From the NCBI GenBank assembly GCA_051892935.1, contig JBJFGS010000025.1, positions 80,813 to 144,812 on the forward strand: a DNA stretch of 64,000 nucleotides, written 5' to 3'. A model generated the notes under the pieces. That model did not search any database. It saw only the letters and a list, made by a program, of their open reading frames with translations, and was not told the origin of the DNA. The stretch comes from Candidatus Coprovivens sp. (GTDB taxonomy: Bacteria; Bacillota_I; Bacilli_A; RF39; UBA660). The translations under genes and the position numbers were made by a program. Of the stretch, positions 35,665 to 46,966 are shown in pieces (position 1 is the stretch's first letter; every line of letters starts with the position of its first letter).

Positions 35665-35880
35665 AATAAAAAAGGTACCTAAATAACGTAAGGACGAAAA
35701 ATTCCGCGGTGCCACCTTACTTTACTTAGGTACTCTCATATTTTTATTTTATCGCTCTTAATGCGTTCTTAATATCAGAAAGTTGTTTTTCATATATAAT
35801 CCAATAAGGCATTTCCACCATATAGCCCTCTCTTTTATTTTCAATATATACTACTCGTCTTTCAATAAGAAAAGTCTAAA
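35665..35880 (-). promoter_or_regulatory. T-box riboswitch leader of hisS-asnS-aspS-gatCAB
   Basis: Minus strand: Stem I with AGTA S-turn, AGAGAG bulge and distal tggtggaaa. T-box sequence aaggtggcaccgcgg. Terminator gtacctaagtaa...ttatttaggtac plus tttttt. Promoter TTGACT-17-TAAAAT (35912-35884). Confidence 0.85.
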
Positions 35881-35971
35881 AGTATTTTACTATCAAAATA
35901 ATAATTAGTCAATAAATAGATTTAATTTATTCATATGACTAGCTATAATATTAACACTTTTTAGTAATATT

Positions 35972-35998
35972 AACAAAAAAAGCAAGAAAACTTGCTTT
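35972..35998 (-). terminator. Rho-independent terminator
   Basis: On the minus strand: aaagcaag-tttt-cttgcttt followed by tttt. Confidence 0.65.
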
Positions 35999-37314
35999 TA
36001 ATCATTAGCATCCCATATATTAGTATTTACAGCTTTAGTATCATAATCATACTTCAATTCTCTTCCCTTATATATTCTTAATAATAAAACTCCTTTATTC
36101 TCAGCATATAATTGAAAAGCAGGATGAGAAAAATCATCATAATGCATTTCTGAAAAATATAGTTTAATTTTATATCTCTCTGTTTTACCATAATCCATAA
36201 AGTGTAAAACACTATCTTCACTAGTTAAATACATCACAAAAGTATCTCTAGCCAAAACTTCTGTTACTTTTTCAATATTTAAAAACTCATTACCATCAAT
36301 TCTAAATATTCTATAATCTACAAAAGTATCATCACCAATTGTCCTATCTCGTCCAGTCTTAAAATAATAAGTATGATTATTGTTTTTCCATACATCGTAA
36401 ATAGGATCTACACTTTCAGCCGAAACAGTAGACTTTTTATATAAATCATATATAAACCATATACCATCTTTACACAAAATATAGTAATCAGTATCTTCAT
36501 CATAACTAATAGAATCATAAACATAATCTAATTCTTTAATTATTTCACCATCTTTATCTATCTTAATTAATCCCCACTTACCAGTATCCATACTTTTTAC
36601 TATATATCGATTATTTTCACCATAACCAATATCATAATCTTCATCCAAAGTACTCATTTTAACATCAGCAAATTTAGCAATAATTTCTGGCTTATGTTCA
36701 TCATCTTCTAAAAATCTATACAAATAAATAATTCTAGAATAATTTAAATCACCATATTCAGATTCTTGTTTTAATGAATCATCCACAAAGGCAAAAGTCT
36801 CATAAATCATCCCCAAAGTATAAGGATCATGTTTCGTCAAAGCATCTTTATTAGTTGTATTATACTGATCATATCCACCAAAAGCTTTATTACATCCTAA
36901 AACAGTATTTATACATTTATAAGTTCCTAATAGTTCACCTTTTCTACTATAATAATAAAGTAATCCTTTATATTTATCATATCTCTTTATATTTTCAGGA
37001 ACTTCATAATCAGTATCTACAACAGGCAAATCAGGTAAAGCCTCAGGATTTTTAAGTCCAATCCAAAAAGGAACCATTTCTTTCTTTGTTATAGAAACTC
37101 TGTTATAAGCCCTATAAACATATCCAAAAGAAATATATTCATTAACAACACCATCATCATACTTTCTTTCAATATGTAAAGCCAATATAGGTGTCTTACC
37201 TTCAGTATATCTAACATAATTTATAATAAACAATATTCCCCATAAAATCAAAACGATTAACACAATTAATTCTATTTTTTTCTCTTTAGACATCTTCTTT
37301 GGCGTTTGATACAT
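35998..37314 (-). CDS. Membrane-anchored WG-repeat-like protein
   Basis: N-terminal TM IELIVLIVLILWGILFII. GKWGLIKIDKDGEIIKELDYVYDSI resembles WG/KWG beta-repeat units. Confidence 0.65.
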   Translation of the reverse strand: MYQTPKKMSKEKKIELIVLIVLILWGILFIINYVRYTEGKTPILALHIERKYDDGVVNEYISFGYVYRAYNRVSITKKEMVPFWIGLKNPEALPDLPVVDTDYEVPENIKRYDKYKGLLYYYSRKGELLGTYKCINTVLGCNKAFGGYDQYNTTNKDALTKHDPYTLGMIYETFAFVDDSLKQESEYGDLNYSRIIYLYRFLEDDEHKPEIIAKFADVKMSTLDEDYDIGYGENNRYIVKSMDTGKWGLIKIDKDGEIIKELDYVYDSISYDEDTDYYILCKDGIWFIYDLYKKSTVSAESVDPIYDVWKNNNHTYYFKTGRDRTIGDDTFVDYRIFRIDGNEFLNIEKVTEVLARDTFVMYLTSEDSVLHFMDYGKTERYKIKLYFSEMHYDDFSHPAFQLYAENKGVLLLRIYKGRELKYDYDTKAVNTNIWDAND

Positions 37315-37393
37315 TTTATACCACCTCTATTATATATAATATCACATTTTATAATATTAAAAAATAACAAATAATTAAAAAGGATAAACGCAT

Positions 37394-38161
37394 CTATCCT
37401 TCATTAACTATTGAACTACTAATTAAATAAAAAGATTCATCTTCTTTTAAGAAAATATGTTCATATAAAACACCATCCTGTTTAATAGTTTTATCAGATA
37501 AAGAAGGTTTTTCTTTTCCTTTATAATTACTACAAAATTCTTCTCCAAAATAATTAATACATCTATTAATATCACGCAAATCAATTTGTAAATAATACTC
37601 TCGAATAGCTATTTGATTATTAGATTTATAAGCACTATCATAACTAGAATATCCAAATACAGTATTAGTATAATCATCAATTAAACAGTAGTATCTTTTA
37701 CCATCATTTTTACAATCATATCCATGATAATTAAAATCATCAAAATTTATTTCATTGTCAGAAATAAAATATTTCTTTTGATAATTACTAAAAACACTAT
37801 TATCAATAATTCTAATTTTACAATCAGTACTACTAGTGAATTTAATTGTTTTAGTAACTTGACAAACTATCTTTTCATGTTCATAAATTTTTTCATTATA
37901 ATCATTTTTAGTAAGATTATCTATAACAAAATGAACAATCTCCTCACTAGTCAAATCTTCACTAAGAAATTCTGCTTTTCTTAAATCAGTTTTATCTTTT
38001 ATTCTGTCATAAAGAACTACTGCCGTAGGATCTTTTTCATCTAACTTAGTGGTAGTTAACAATTCATATCCATATTTAGCATTTCCAACAACCAAAAAAG
38101 TAATTGTTAATACAACAAGAACTACTAAAACAACGACAAAAGTTTTAACTACATCTTTCAT
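37394..38161 (-). CDS. Membrane-anchored protein, unknown function
   Basis: ATG at 38161 after aaggtgg. TM FVVVLVVLVVLTITFLVV. No motif recognised. Confidence 0.65.
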   Translation of the reverse strand: MKDVVKTFVVVLVVLVVLTITFLVVGNAKYGYELLTTTKLDEKDPTAVVLYDRIKDKTDLRKAEFLSEDLTSEEIVHFVIDNLTKNDYNEKIYEHEKIVCQVTKTIKFTSSTDCKIRIIDNSVFSNYQKKYFISDNEINFDDFNYHGYDCKNDGKRYYCLIDDYTNTVFGYSSYDSAYKSNNQIAIREYYLQIDLRDINRCINYFGEEFCSNYKGKEKPSLSDKTIKQDGVLYEHIFLKEDESFYLISSSIVNEG

Positions 38162-38171
38162 AAGTACCACC

Positions 38172-38615
38172 TTATTTAATATCAGTATCTATAATTATTG
38201 TTGTAGGGCCATCATTAATAATTTCTACCTTCATATCAGCTCCAAAAATACCGCCCTTAGTAGGAACAATCTCATTAAGCAATTCATTAAACTTTTCATA
38301 CATAGGTTTAGCCTTTTCTCCTCCTAAAGCTCTAATATAAGAAGGACGATTACCCTTTCTCGTATCACCATATAAAGTAAATTGTGAAATAGATAAAATT
38401 TCTCCTTTTTCATCGATAACACTTCTATTCATAACATCATTCTCATCTTCAAAGACTCTTAGATTTGTTATCTTCCTAACACAATACTTTATATCTTCCA
38501 AAGTATCAGTATCAGTAAACCCAACTAAAACATTTAATCCTCTTCCAATCTCATTTACTAAAGCTCCATTAACCACTACTTTTGATCTATTTACTTTTTG
38601 AACAACACATCTCAT
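38172..38615 (-). CDS. dtd: D-aminoacyl-tRNA deacylase
   Basis: MRCVVQKVNRSKVVVNG...SQFTLYGDTRKGNRPSY; 147 aa. Overlaps the relA end (ATGA-type). Confidence 0.9.
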   Translation of the reverse strand: MRCVVQKVNRSKVVVNGALVNEIGRGLNVLVGFTDTDTLEDIKYCVRKITNLRVFEDENDVMNRSVIDEKGEILSISQFTLYGDTRKGNRPSYIRALGGEKAKPMYEKFNELLNEIVPTKGGIFGADMKVEIINDGPTTIIIDTDIK

Positions 38616-40789
38616 AATTTACTTTTCCTTTCAACTTCAATTAAGAAAGGCAATGACTTCAAATCACTAATAAAGTTTTCCAATTGTGTAGAACTAGTCG
38701 TTTTAATTGTAAGTGCAAAAGTAGTACTATCTAATTCTTCTATAGTTTTAACAGATTCAATATAAACATCTTTTTGAGAAGCTTTTGTAATAATATCAAG
38801 TAACTGATTTTTACCTCTAACAACCTTAATAGTTATATCTGTAAGATAAGAAGAATCACTATTCATATTCCATTCAACATCAATTAATCTCGTACTATTC
38901 TTTATATTTGGACAATCCTTTTTGTGGACAGCTATACCTTCTCCTTTAGTAATATAACCAATAATAGGATCACCCTTAACAGGTTTACAACAAGTTGCTA
39001 TTGTAACTAAAATATCATCAGTACCAGCAACAATTATATCACCTTTTGAAGCCTTATTACTTATACTACCTCTATTATTAACTTTACTTAGATAGATATC
39101 CATAACATCTTTTTTATCTTCAAATAATAAATCAATAATATAACCAGCTGTATATCTTAAAGATCCAATAGATAAATATAAATCATCTAAATCATTTGTA
39201 TGAGTGTCCCTAAACACTTTATTTAGATTATCATCAGTCAATACATCAGAAAAAGATAATTTTCTTCTTCTAATTTCTTTTTCCAACATTTCCTTACCAC
39301 TATTAATATAATTAGTTCTATCTTGTTTACTAAAATATGATTTGATTTTACTTTTAGCCTGGCTCGTTTTAACAAAATTCAACCAATCTTTATTTGGATT
39401 AGCTTCTTTTCCAGTGTTAATTTTTACAATATCTCCATCTTGCAATTCATAATCTAAAGGAACAATTTGATCATTGACAATAGCTCCTATAGTTCTATCG
39501 CCAACACCACTATGAATACGATATGCAAAATCTATAGGAGTTGCACCTTTAGGTAATTCTAAAACATCTCCTTTTGGAGTATAACAATAAATTAAATCAG
39601 TAAGTAATTCATTATTTAAATTATTAGCAAACTCAACATCACTTTCTACACCATTATTAGCTTCAATAATATTTCTAAACATTTCAAGTTTATGTTCCAT
39701 CATACTCTGTACTTTAACAGAACCTTTTTCTTTATAAGACCAATGCGAAGCAATACCTTTTTCTGCAATTTCATCCATTTCATAGGTTCTTACTTGTACT
39801 TCAAAAAGTTGCCCTTCTACACCAAAAACAGTCGTATGCAAACTCTGATACATGTTTTCTTTGGGATTAGCAACATAATCCTTAAATCTTCTAGGCATAG
39901 GTCTAAATTTACTATGTATCAACCCTATAGTTAAATAACACTCTTGTACAGTGTCAACAAATACTCTTAAAGCTAAAATATCATAAATATCACTAAACCT
40001 CTTACCATTATCCATTTTATTATAAAGACTGTGAACAGATTTAACTCTGCCCTTTATTTTAAAAGGAATACCATTTTCTGTAAGAATATCAGAAATACTT
40101 TGTTTCATCTCTAGTAAATACTCATTTAATTGTTCTCTAGAAGCATCAAGTTTTTCCAAAATATCGTTATATACATCCGGTTTAGTATATCGTAGGCATA
40201 AATCCTCTAATTCACTCTTAATACTATTAATACCTAATCTATGAGCAATCGGAATTAAAACAGCAGTCGTTTCATTAGCTTTTTGCTTCTGCTCATCAAC
40301 AGTTAAAGCATCAAGAGTTCTCATATTATGTAATCTATCAGCTAATTTTATAAATAAAACTCTAACATCTTCAGAAAGTCCAATTAATACTTTTCTTAAA
40401 TAAGCAGCAGAAGAATCTTTATCATCAGATAATTCTAGTCTATTAATTTTACTCAAACTATTTACAATAGTAGCAATTTCTTCACCAAAATCCTCTCTTA
40501 TTTCATCTAAAGTCGCATCTGTATGATTTATCGTTTCATGTAAAAGAGCCGAAGCAAGAGTAATATAATCAACATTTAAATCACATAAAATATTAGCAAC
40601 TTCTAAAGGATGTGTTATATAATCATCACCATTACGTCTTTTTTTACCCGCATGTTTAGCTAAAGCAAAACTATAAGCATTATTAATTACATCCAACTCA
40701 TCTTGTTTTTTTACTATTTTTTTAATTTTTTCATATAATTCATCATAAGTAACAGGTTTTTCATTATTTTGTGTCATCACCAAAGTCAT
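38612..40789 (-). CDS. relA: Bifunctional (p)ppGpp synthetase/hydrolase Rel
   Basis: HD hydrolase RRNGDDYITHPLEVA; synthetase YQSLHTTV; TGS and ACT-like C-terminus. The exact start is uncertain (M1, V4 or M5). Confidence 0.9.
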   Translation of the reverse strand: MTLVMTQNNEKPVTYDELYEKIKKIVKKQDELDVINNAYSFALAKHAGKKRRNGDDYITHPLEVANILCDLNVDYITLASALLHETINHTDATLDEIREDFGEEIATIVNSLSKINRLELSDDKDSSAAYLRKVLIGLSEDVRVLFIKLADRLHNMRTLDALTVDEQKQKANETTAVLIPIAHRLGINSIKSELEDLCLRYTKPDVYNDILEKLDASREQLNEYLLEMKQSISDILTENGIPFKIKGRVKSVHSLYNKMDNGKRFSDIYDILALRVFVDTVQECYLTIGLIHSKFRPMPRRFKDYVANPKENMYQSLHTTVFGVEGQLFEVQVRTYEMDEIAEKGIASHWSYKEKGSVKVQSMMEHKLEMFRNIIEANNGVESDVEFANNLNNELLTDLIYCYTPKGDVLELPKGATPIDFAYRIHSGVGDRTIGAIVNDQIVPLDYELQDGDIVKINTGKEANPNKDWLNFVKTSQAKSKIKSYFSKQDRTNYINSGKEMLEKEIRRRKLSFSDVLTDDNLNKVFRDTHTNDLDDLYLSIGSLRYTAGYIIDLLFEDKKDVMDIYLSKVNNRGSISNKASKGDIIVAGTDDILVTIATCCKPVKGDPIIGYITKGEGIAVHKKDCPNIKNSTRLIDVEWNMNSDSSYLTDITIKVVRGKNQLLDIITKASQKDVYIESVKTIEELDSTTFALTIKTTSSTQLENFISDLKSLPFLIEVERKSKL

Positions 40790-40803
40790 CTCCTATCATC
40801 ACA

Positions 40804-41115
40804 TTATGATTTCAACTTAGGTAAGATAATATCACCATCACCAAGTTGTCCATCATTTTTTGCATCTATATTCATATATTTATTATGATAATAACTAACT
40901 ATTAAATTATTATCAGTATGTAAAATATCATCAACCATATCACATAATTCTAAACCAATAGATAAAGACCACTTATTAAATCGTAAATAATCCCAAATAT
41001 CTTTTTCTGAAATATTTTTAAACCCAGCTTGTCTTAACAATCTTTTCTTACTTCTTAAAGCCGGTTTAATTCTATCGTAAAGTTCTTCTTGTGAATTCAT
41101 AATAATTTCTTCCAT
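40804..41115 (-). CDS. Small ComN/YrzD-like post-transcriptional regulator candidate
   Basis: About 103 aa starting at the ATG at 41115 after aaggtga. Assignment rests on size and position between spoVB-like and relA, as in Bacillus, plus the ISEKDIWDYL segment. Confidence 0.45.
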   Translation of the reverse strand: MEEIIMNSQEELYDRIKPALRSKKRLLRQAGFKNISEKDIWDYLRFNKWSLSIGLELCDMVDDILHTDNNLIVSYYHNKYMNIDAKNDGQLGDGDIILPKLKS

Positions 41116-41190
41116 ATTAATCACCTTAACATAATACTTCAACACTTACATTATATAACAAAAAGAAAAACTTATAAAGGAGAAAAGCCT

Positions 41191-42474
41191 ACGAAAAATA
41201 AATTTATAAAATCAACTATTATTCTCCTTATAGGAGGATGTCTTACTAAAATACTTGGTTTAATAATAAAAATAATATATACAAGAAATATCGGATTAGA
41301 AGGCGTTACAATCAATTCATTAATAGCACCAACATACTCTCTTCTAATAACATTAGCAAACTTTAATATGATAGTATCAATAAGTAAAAGAATAAGTTCA
41401 AATATATCTTCTAAAAAAGTACTAATAAATTCATGTTATATAATGTTTATTTTAGACTTAATACTTATAATAATAATGTTTCTATCTTCAAAATATATTA
41501 GTATTAATCTTCTAAAAAACCCTAGTACTTATTATCCACTTCTAGCTTGTTCTCTAACACTACCCTTTATATCTATAGGATACATTATTAAAGGATATTT
41601 CTATGGTAAACAAAATATGACACCACATATGATAAGTAACGTTTTAGAACAATTATTTCGTCTTATAATAATATCTACCTTTATTCCAAAAATAACTAAA
41701 TATGGAAGTATATTAACAATTACTATATATATATTATTTAATATAATAAGTGAATCAGTATCTATCATAATATTTTTATTCTTTCTTCCTAAAAACATAA
41801 AAATTAAAAAAGAAGATTTGCAATTCAATTATAATGAAATAAAAGAAATATTAGGAATATCTATTCCCTCAATAGCAGGTCGTCTACTAGGTAATTTAGG
41901 CTTCTTTCTAGAACCAATAGTACTAACAAATATATTATCATATAAAGGTTTATCTATTAACTACATAACAACAGAATATGCAATATATAATACATATACC
42001 ATATCAACACTTTTATTCCCATCATTTTTTATAACAGCAATATCAAATTCTCTTCTACCAGAAGTATCAAATTATTATAGCAAAAACAAAATAAGCATAG
42101 TAAAAAAAAGAATTAAACAATCATTAATAATATCACTTATAATAGGTTTACTTTGTACTATAACAATAACCATTTTAAAAGAACCTCTACTAAAAATATT
42201 ATATAATACCAAAGAAGGAATAGAATACATAAATATCCTAGCCCCATTCTTCATTCTCTTTTACCTAGAATCACCATTAGTTAGCGCTTTAACAGGTATA
42301 AACAAAATAAAACATTGCACTATAATAAGTACAACTGGTATCATAATAAAACTCTTAGCAATAATAATTCTAGGATTACTAAACTTTAAAATATATTCAC
42401 TTATAATAGCAGAAATAATAAATATAATATATGTTACTACATTAAACTATATAACCTTAAAAAAAGCACTATAA
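41191..42474 (+). CDS. MOP-superfamily flippase, SpoVB/MurJ-like; start codon unresolved
   Basis: Polytopic protein. The in-frame upstream segment KNKFIKSTIILLIGGCLTKILGLIIKIIYTRNIGLEG looks like the conserved SpoVB N-terminus. There is no ATG/GTG/TTG before 41368. RBS aaaggag lies 8 nt upstream of ACG 41191. Confidence 0.6.
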   Translation, partial: TKNKFIKSTIILLIGGCLTKILGLIIKIIYTRNIGLEGVTINSLIAPTYSLLITLANFNMIVSISKRISSNISSKKVLINSCYIMFILDLILIIIMFLSSKYISINLLKNPSTYYPLLACSLTLPFISIGYIIKGYFYGKQNMTPHMISNVLEQLFRLIIISTFIPKITKYGSILTITIYILFNIISESVSIIIFLFFLPKNIKIKKEDLQFNYNEIKEILGISIPSIAGRLLGNLGFFLEPIVLTNILSYKGLSINYITTEYAIYNTYTISTLLFPSFFITAISNSLLPEVSNYYSKNKISIVKKRIKQSLIISLIIGLLCTITITILKEPLLKILYNTKEGIEYINILAPFFILFYLESPLVSALTGINKIKHCTIISTTGIIIKLLAIIILGLLNFKIYSLIIAEIINIIYVTTLNYITLKKAL

Positions 42475-42481
42475 GTGCTTT

Positions 42482-43114
42482 TTAAGACTTCCTAATAATA
42501 TAAATATGATTATTTTTAAAAAGAGCATAAAATATATTATCCAAAGAAATATTATTCCTTATAAGCACATCCTCTAACCACTTATAAGATTTATTAATAT
42601 ATTTTAATGTATCTTTTTGTACTACACCTTCAACAATAATAGGTAAAGGTAAATTACTTTTAAGTTTAAATGGTTTATATTTAAAAATAGATAATTCCCC
42701 ATTAGTTTCTAGTAAAGCATATTCAACTTCTTCAATAGAAGAAATACCCTTTTTTCTTAATTCCAATAACAAATCATCAATAGAATATCTTTGACTCACT
42801 AAATTCTTATATACAATCTTACCATCATTAATTATAACAGTCGGCTTCCCACCAAAAACTTTATTAACTATTCTTAATTTAACGCTTAAATATCCTAAAA
42901 CAATCTCTAATACAACTAAAACTGCAATCGGTGCAATAGCAAGCCAAATACTTTGATTAGTTTTTTCAATACTTAAAGCAACCAATTCAGCTATCAAAAT
43001 AGACACAATAAGATCTATTATTCCCAATTGGCCAACTTCTCTCTTACCCATAATTCTATAAGCAAATACAATAAAAAAATAAAAAAACACAGTTCTAAAA
43101 ATAGTATCAAACAT
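42482..43114 (-). CDS. DUF421 (YetF-like) membrane protein
   Basis: N-terminus TIFRTVFFYFFIVFAYRIMGKREVGQLGIIDLIVSILIAE matches the DUF421 family pattern; 210 aa. Confidence 0.75.
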   Translation of the reverse strand: MFDTIFRTVFFYFFIVFAYRIMGKREVGQLGIIDLIVSILIAELVALSIEKTNQSIWLAIAPIAVLVVLEIVLGYLSVKLRIVNKVFGGKPTVIINDGKIVYKNLVSQRYSIDDLLLELRKKGISSIEEVEYALLETNGELSIFKYKPFKLKSNLPLPIIVEGVVQKDTLKYINKSYKWLEDVLIRNNISLDNIFYALFKNNHIYIIRKS

Positions 43115-43181
43115 AAAATCACCTAATAATATTATGGTACTAAATAATTATTTTTAAACATAATATTAATTAGGTGATTAA

Positions 43182-43547
43182 ATGAATATAATAAAACAAT
43201 ATTCTTATATACTAAAATTTATTATTTTTATACTATTAGCAACAACAACTCTAACTATAATAAATTTAATTTATCCTTTAAATAAAACTACTAATCAAAT
43301 AGTAAGTCTAATTATAATAACAATCTACTCATTAATAATAGGAATAAAAAAAGGAATAAAATGTGAAGAAAAAGCATATATAGAAGGTCTTAAACTAGGA
43401 ACAATTAATATAATAGTATTATATATATTAAGTATAATTACCTTAGACTTTAGAATTACTATAAAAAGAACAATATATTACTTAATAATTATCGGAATAA
43501 CAACATTAGGAAGTATTATTGGAATAAATAAAAAAAATACTAGATAA
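43182..43547 (+). CDS. Small polytopic membrane protein
   Basis: 121 aa with four hydrophobic segments; RBS taggtga. Confidence 0.6.
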   Translation: MNIIKQYSYILKFIIFILLATTTLTIINLIYPLNKTTNQIVSLIIITIYSLIIGIKKGIKCEEKAYIEGLKLGTINIIVLYILSIITLDFRITIKRTIYYLIIIGITTLGSIIGINKKNTR

Positions 43548-43572
43548 AAAGACACAAAAGTGTCTTTTTAAA

Positions 43573-44685
43573 TCAAACTTTATTCCCATTTTCATCAAAA
43601 GCATAAATATAATTAACGTTATTATAAATAAACATATTATTGCCTGTAATTTCTAATACCTGGTCGTTATTAAAAACGATCTTATCATATCCTACATCGA
43701 ATTTATACAAAACATCATTATAAATGATAGTACCATCTCTTTTAATAATCAACTCATTAACTAAGATATCATCATTCTCACCTTTATACGAACCAGTATA
43801 AGTACCAAAAGATATCCTGCGCCCTTTTACAGCAATAGCATCAACATTTTGATATTTATCTTCATCCCCAGATGAAACATACTCTTTAGAAGAATTTTCG
43901 CTCTTTAGTTTATCAATCGCAGTATTAATATCTTTTTCATAAGTGGTATATCTTCCTATAATAGTCTTCATATCAACTTCAAAATTACTAGTATTAACTT
44001 GATAGAAAACTAATTTATATTTACCATCTACATAAGCTTTATTATATTCCTCTAATAATCTATCAGTAGTAACTTTAATATCAGAATCAAAAGCTTTACC
44101 ATTAATAACCTTATCTAAACTAGTATAAGCTCCATAATCACCATTAGAAGAAATAAAAATATACCAACCAACACTTTTATCAACTACAGAATATAACATA
44201 TGTAAAGAATATAAATGATAATACTTAGTACTAAAGACTTCTTTATCAGAAATATAAAAAATTTTCAAAGTATCATTATTACTCTTATCTTGGTATTTAA
44301 CCAACATTTCAGGTGTTCCATTAAAATCTAAATCAACTAAAGAAATATCATATTGTATATAATCAGACATCTCTTTTTGAATAAAAAGAGCATAAGAATC
44401 TCCCCAAGTAGTACCAGTTTCAAAAGATAAAGTACCATCTTCATTAATTAAAGAACCCCCATTATTATATTTCTTTTGCATAGAAACAAATAAAACAATA
44501 ATTATACATAGAACTAATACTCCAAAAAACATAATAATAGTCTTTTTACTCTTATTAGGATTTTTTAAATTATTAACAAATACTTTTGCTTTATTAGCAA
44601 TACTTTTATCATTTAGAATAGGTTCCAAAAGTTCTACACTATTACTACTTTGAGTATCTTTTTGATTATTAACATCACCATTCAT
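43573..44685 (-). CDS. Single-pass membrane protein, unknown function
   Basis: TM IIMFFGVLVLCIIIVLFV after a ~45-aa N-terminus; ~300-aa extracytoplasmic part. Confidence 0.65.
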   Translation of the reverse strand: MNGDVNNQKDTQSSNSVELLEPILNDKSIANKAKVFVNNLKNPNKSKKTIIMFFGVLVLCIIIVLFVSMQKKYNNGGSLINEDGTLSFETGTTWGDSYALFIQKEMSDYIQYDISLVDLDFNGTPEMLVKYQDKSNNDTLKIFYISDKEVFSTKYYHLYSLHMLYSVVDKSVGWYIFISSNGDYGAYTSLDKVINGKAFDSDIKVTTDRLLEEYNKAYVDGKYKLVFYQVNTSNFEVDMKTIIGRYTTYEKDINTAIDKLKSENSSKEYVSSGDEDKYQNVDAIAVKGRRISFGTYTGSYKGENDDILVNELIIKRDGTIIYNDVLYKFDVGYDKIVFNNDQVLEITGNNMFIYNNVNYIYAFDENGNKV

Positions 44686-44746
44686 ACTATCACTATCCTC
44701 CTATTATATAATATCACATAATAATAAAATTTAAACAAAAAAGATA

Positions 44747-45934
<1,188 letters not shown>

Positions 45935-46017
45935 TTATAACATAAATAATATTATATTAAAACTTGCTTTTTTATAAAAAAGAATTATAATAATCCTCGC
46001 AAAAAGGGGAAATTAAA

Positions 46018-46944
46018 ATGATATCAAATGAAATAAGTGCCGACGGAATAAAACAAAAACTATATCAAAAAGCAAGAAGTTTCAAAAATTTCGAAAATTT
46101 AAATGAAGATGATTTAGTTAGAATATCTAAAAAAGTATATTATAAACAAGAAAGCAATCAAGAACCAACACTATTAAATCTCGTTTCAAATAAATTATCA
46201 AAATATTTAAATACATTAAGATATTTAACAAATCCACAAATTCACATAGAATTACCAAATTACGATGAAAGAATAATATATTTAATAATGAGTTCTGACC
46301 CAGACTTAGTAATATATAAAGAATTTTTAAAAAGAAATATAACAACTATTAAAGAAATAAATAGCGAGCAAGATATCCGTAAAAAAGAAGAATTAATTGA
46401 AAAACGCAGTATTGAAATAATGGAATATCAAGCAAAAGTAAGAAGTTTAATAGGTTTTTATGATAGTCAACTATTAAAATTTGAAGAAATATATTTTAAG
46501 AAATTTACAAGTAAATATGAATTAATTACTGATGTAAGACAAGACTACACAACAAAACTACTAGCTATCGTACCTTTATTCAAAAATCTATCTCCATTAA
46601 GTCAAAAAAGATATAAAGAATTACAAGAAAAAGCAACAATATGGCTTAATGAAACACACGCAATAAATAATTTACACACAGTTGCATATAGTTGCAATAT
46701 CCAAAAAGAAACTATAGGTTTAAATAGTATATTAGAACAATTAGTATTTTTCATACTAGTTGCCGATCCTAATTTAAAATGTCTTCAAATATACGAAGAA
46801 GAATCAAAAATGAGCGAAGTACAAAGAAGAATAGAAGAAGAATTTGGTTATTATAACATTAACTTAATATTATTAGAAAAAATATACCATCAAGCTTTTT
46901 GTCCTGATAAAGAATTAAGTCCATGGACATTAAAAAAACAATAG
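46018..46944 (+). CDS. Hypothetical protein (308 aa)
   Basis: RBS aagggga. No motif recognised. Confidence 0.6.
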   Translation: MISNEISADGIKQKLYQKARSFKNFENLNEDDLVRISKKVYYKQESNQEPTLLNLVSNKLSKYLNTLRYLTNPQIHIELPNYDERIIYLIMSSDPDLVIYKEFLKRNITTIKEINSEQDIRKKEELIEKRSIEIMEYQAKVRSLIGFYDSQLLKFEEIYFKKFTSKYELITDVRQDYTTKLLAIVPLFKNLSPLSQKRYKELQEKATIWLNETHAINNLHTVAYSCNIQKETIGLNSILEQLVFFILVADPNLKCLQIYEEESKMSEVQRRIEEEFGYYNINLILLEKIYHQAFCPDKELSPWTLKKQ

Positions 46945-46966
46945 AAACAAATTTCTATTGTTTTTA
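46938..46966. terminator. Bidirectional hairpin terminator
   Basis: acaatagaaa-caaa-tttctattgt flanked by A and T runs, between convergent genes. Confidence 0.65.

Noticed and set aside
35650-35715. The track gives a longer hisS start (MAPRNFSSLRYLGTFFIYGGDI...).
   Set aside because: That extension is the T-box terminator and antiterminator read as protein. The ATG at 35649 has a ggagg RBS and begins the conserved HisRS N-terminus.
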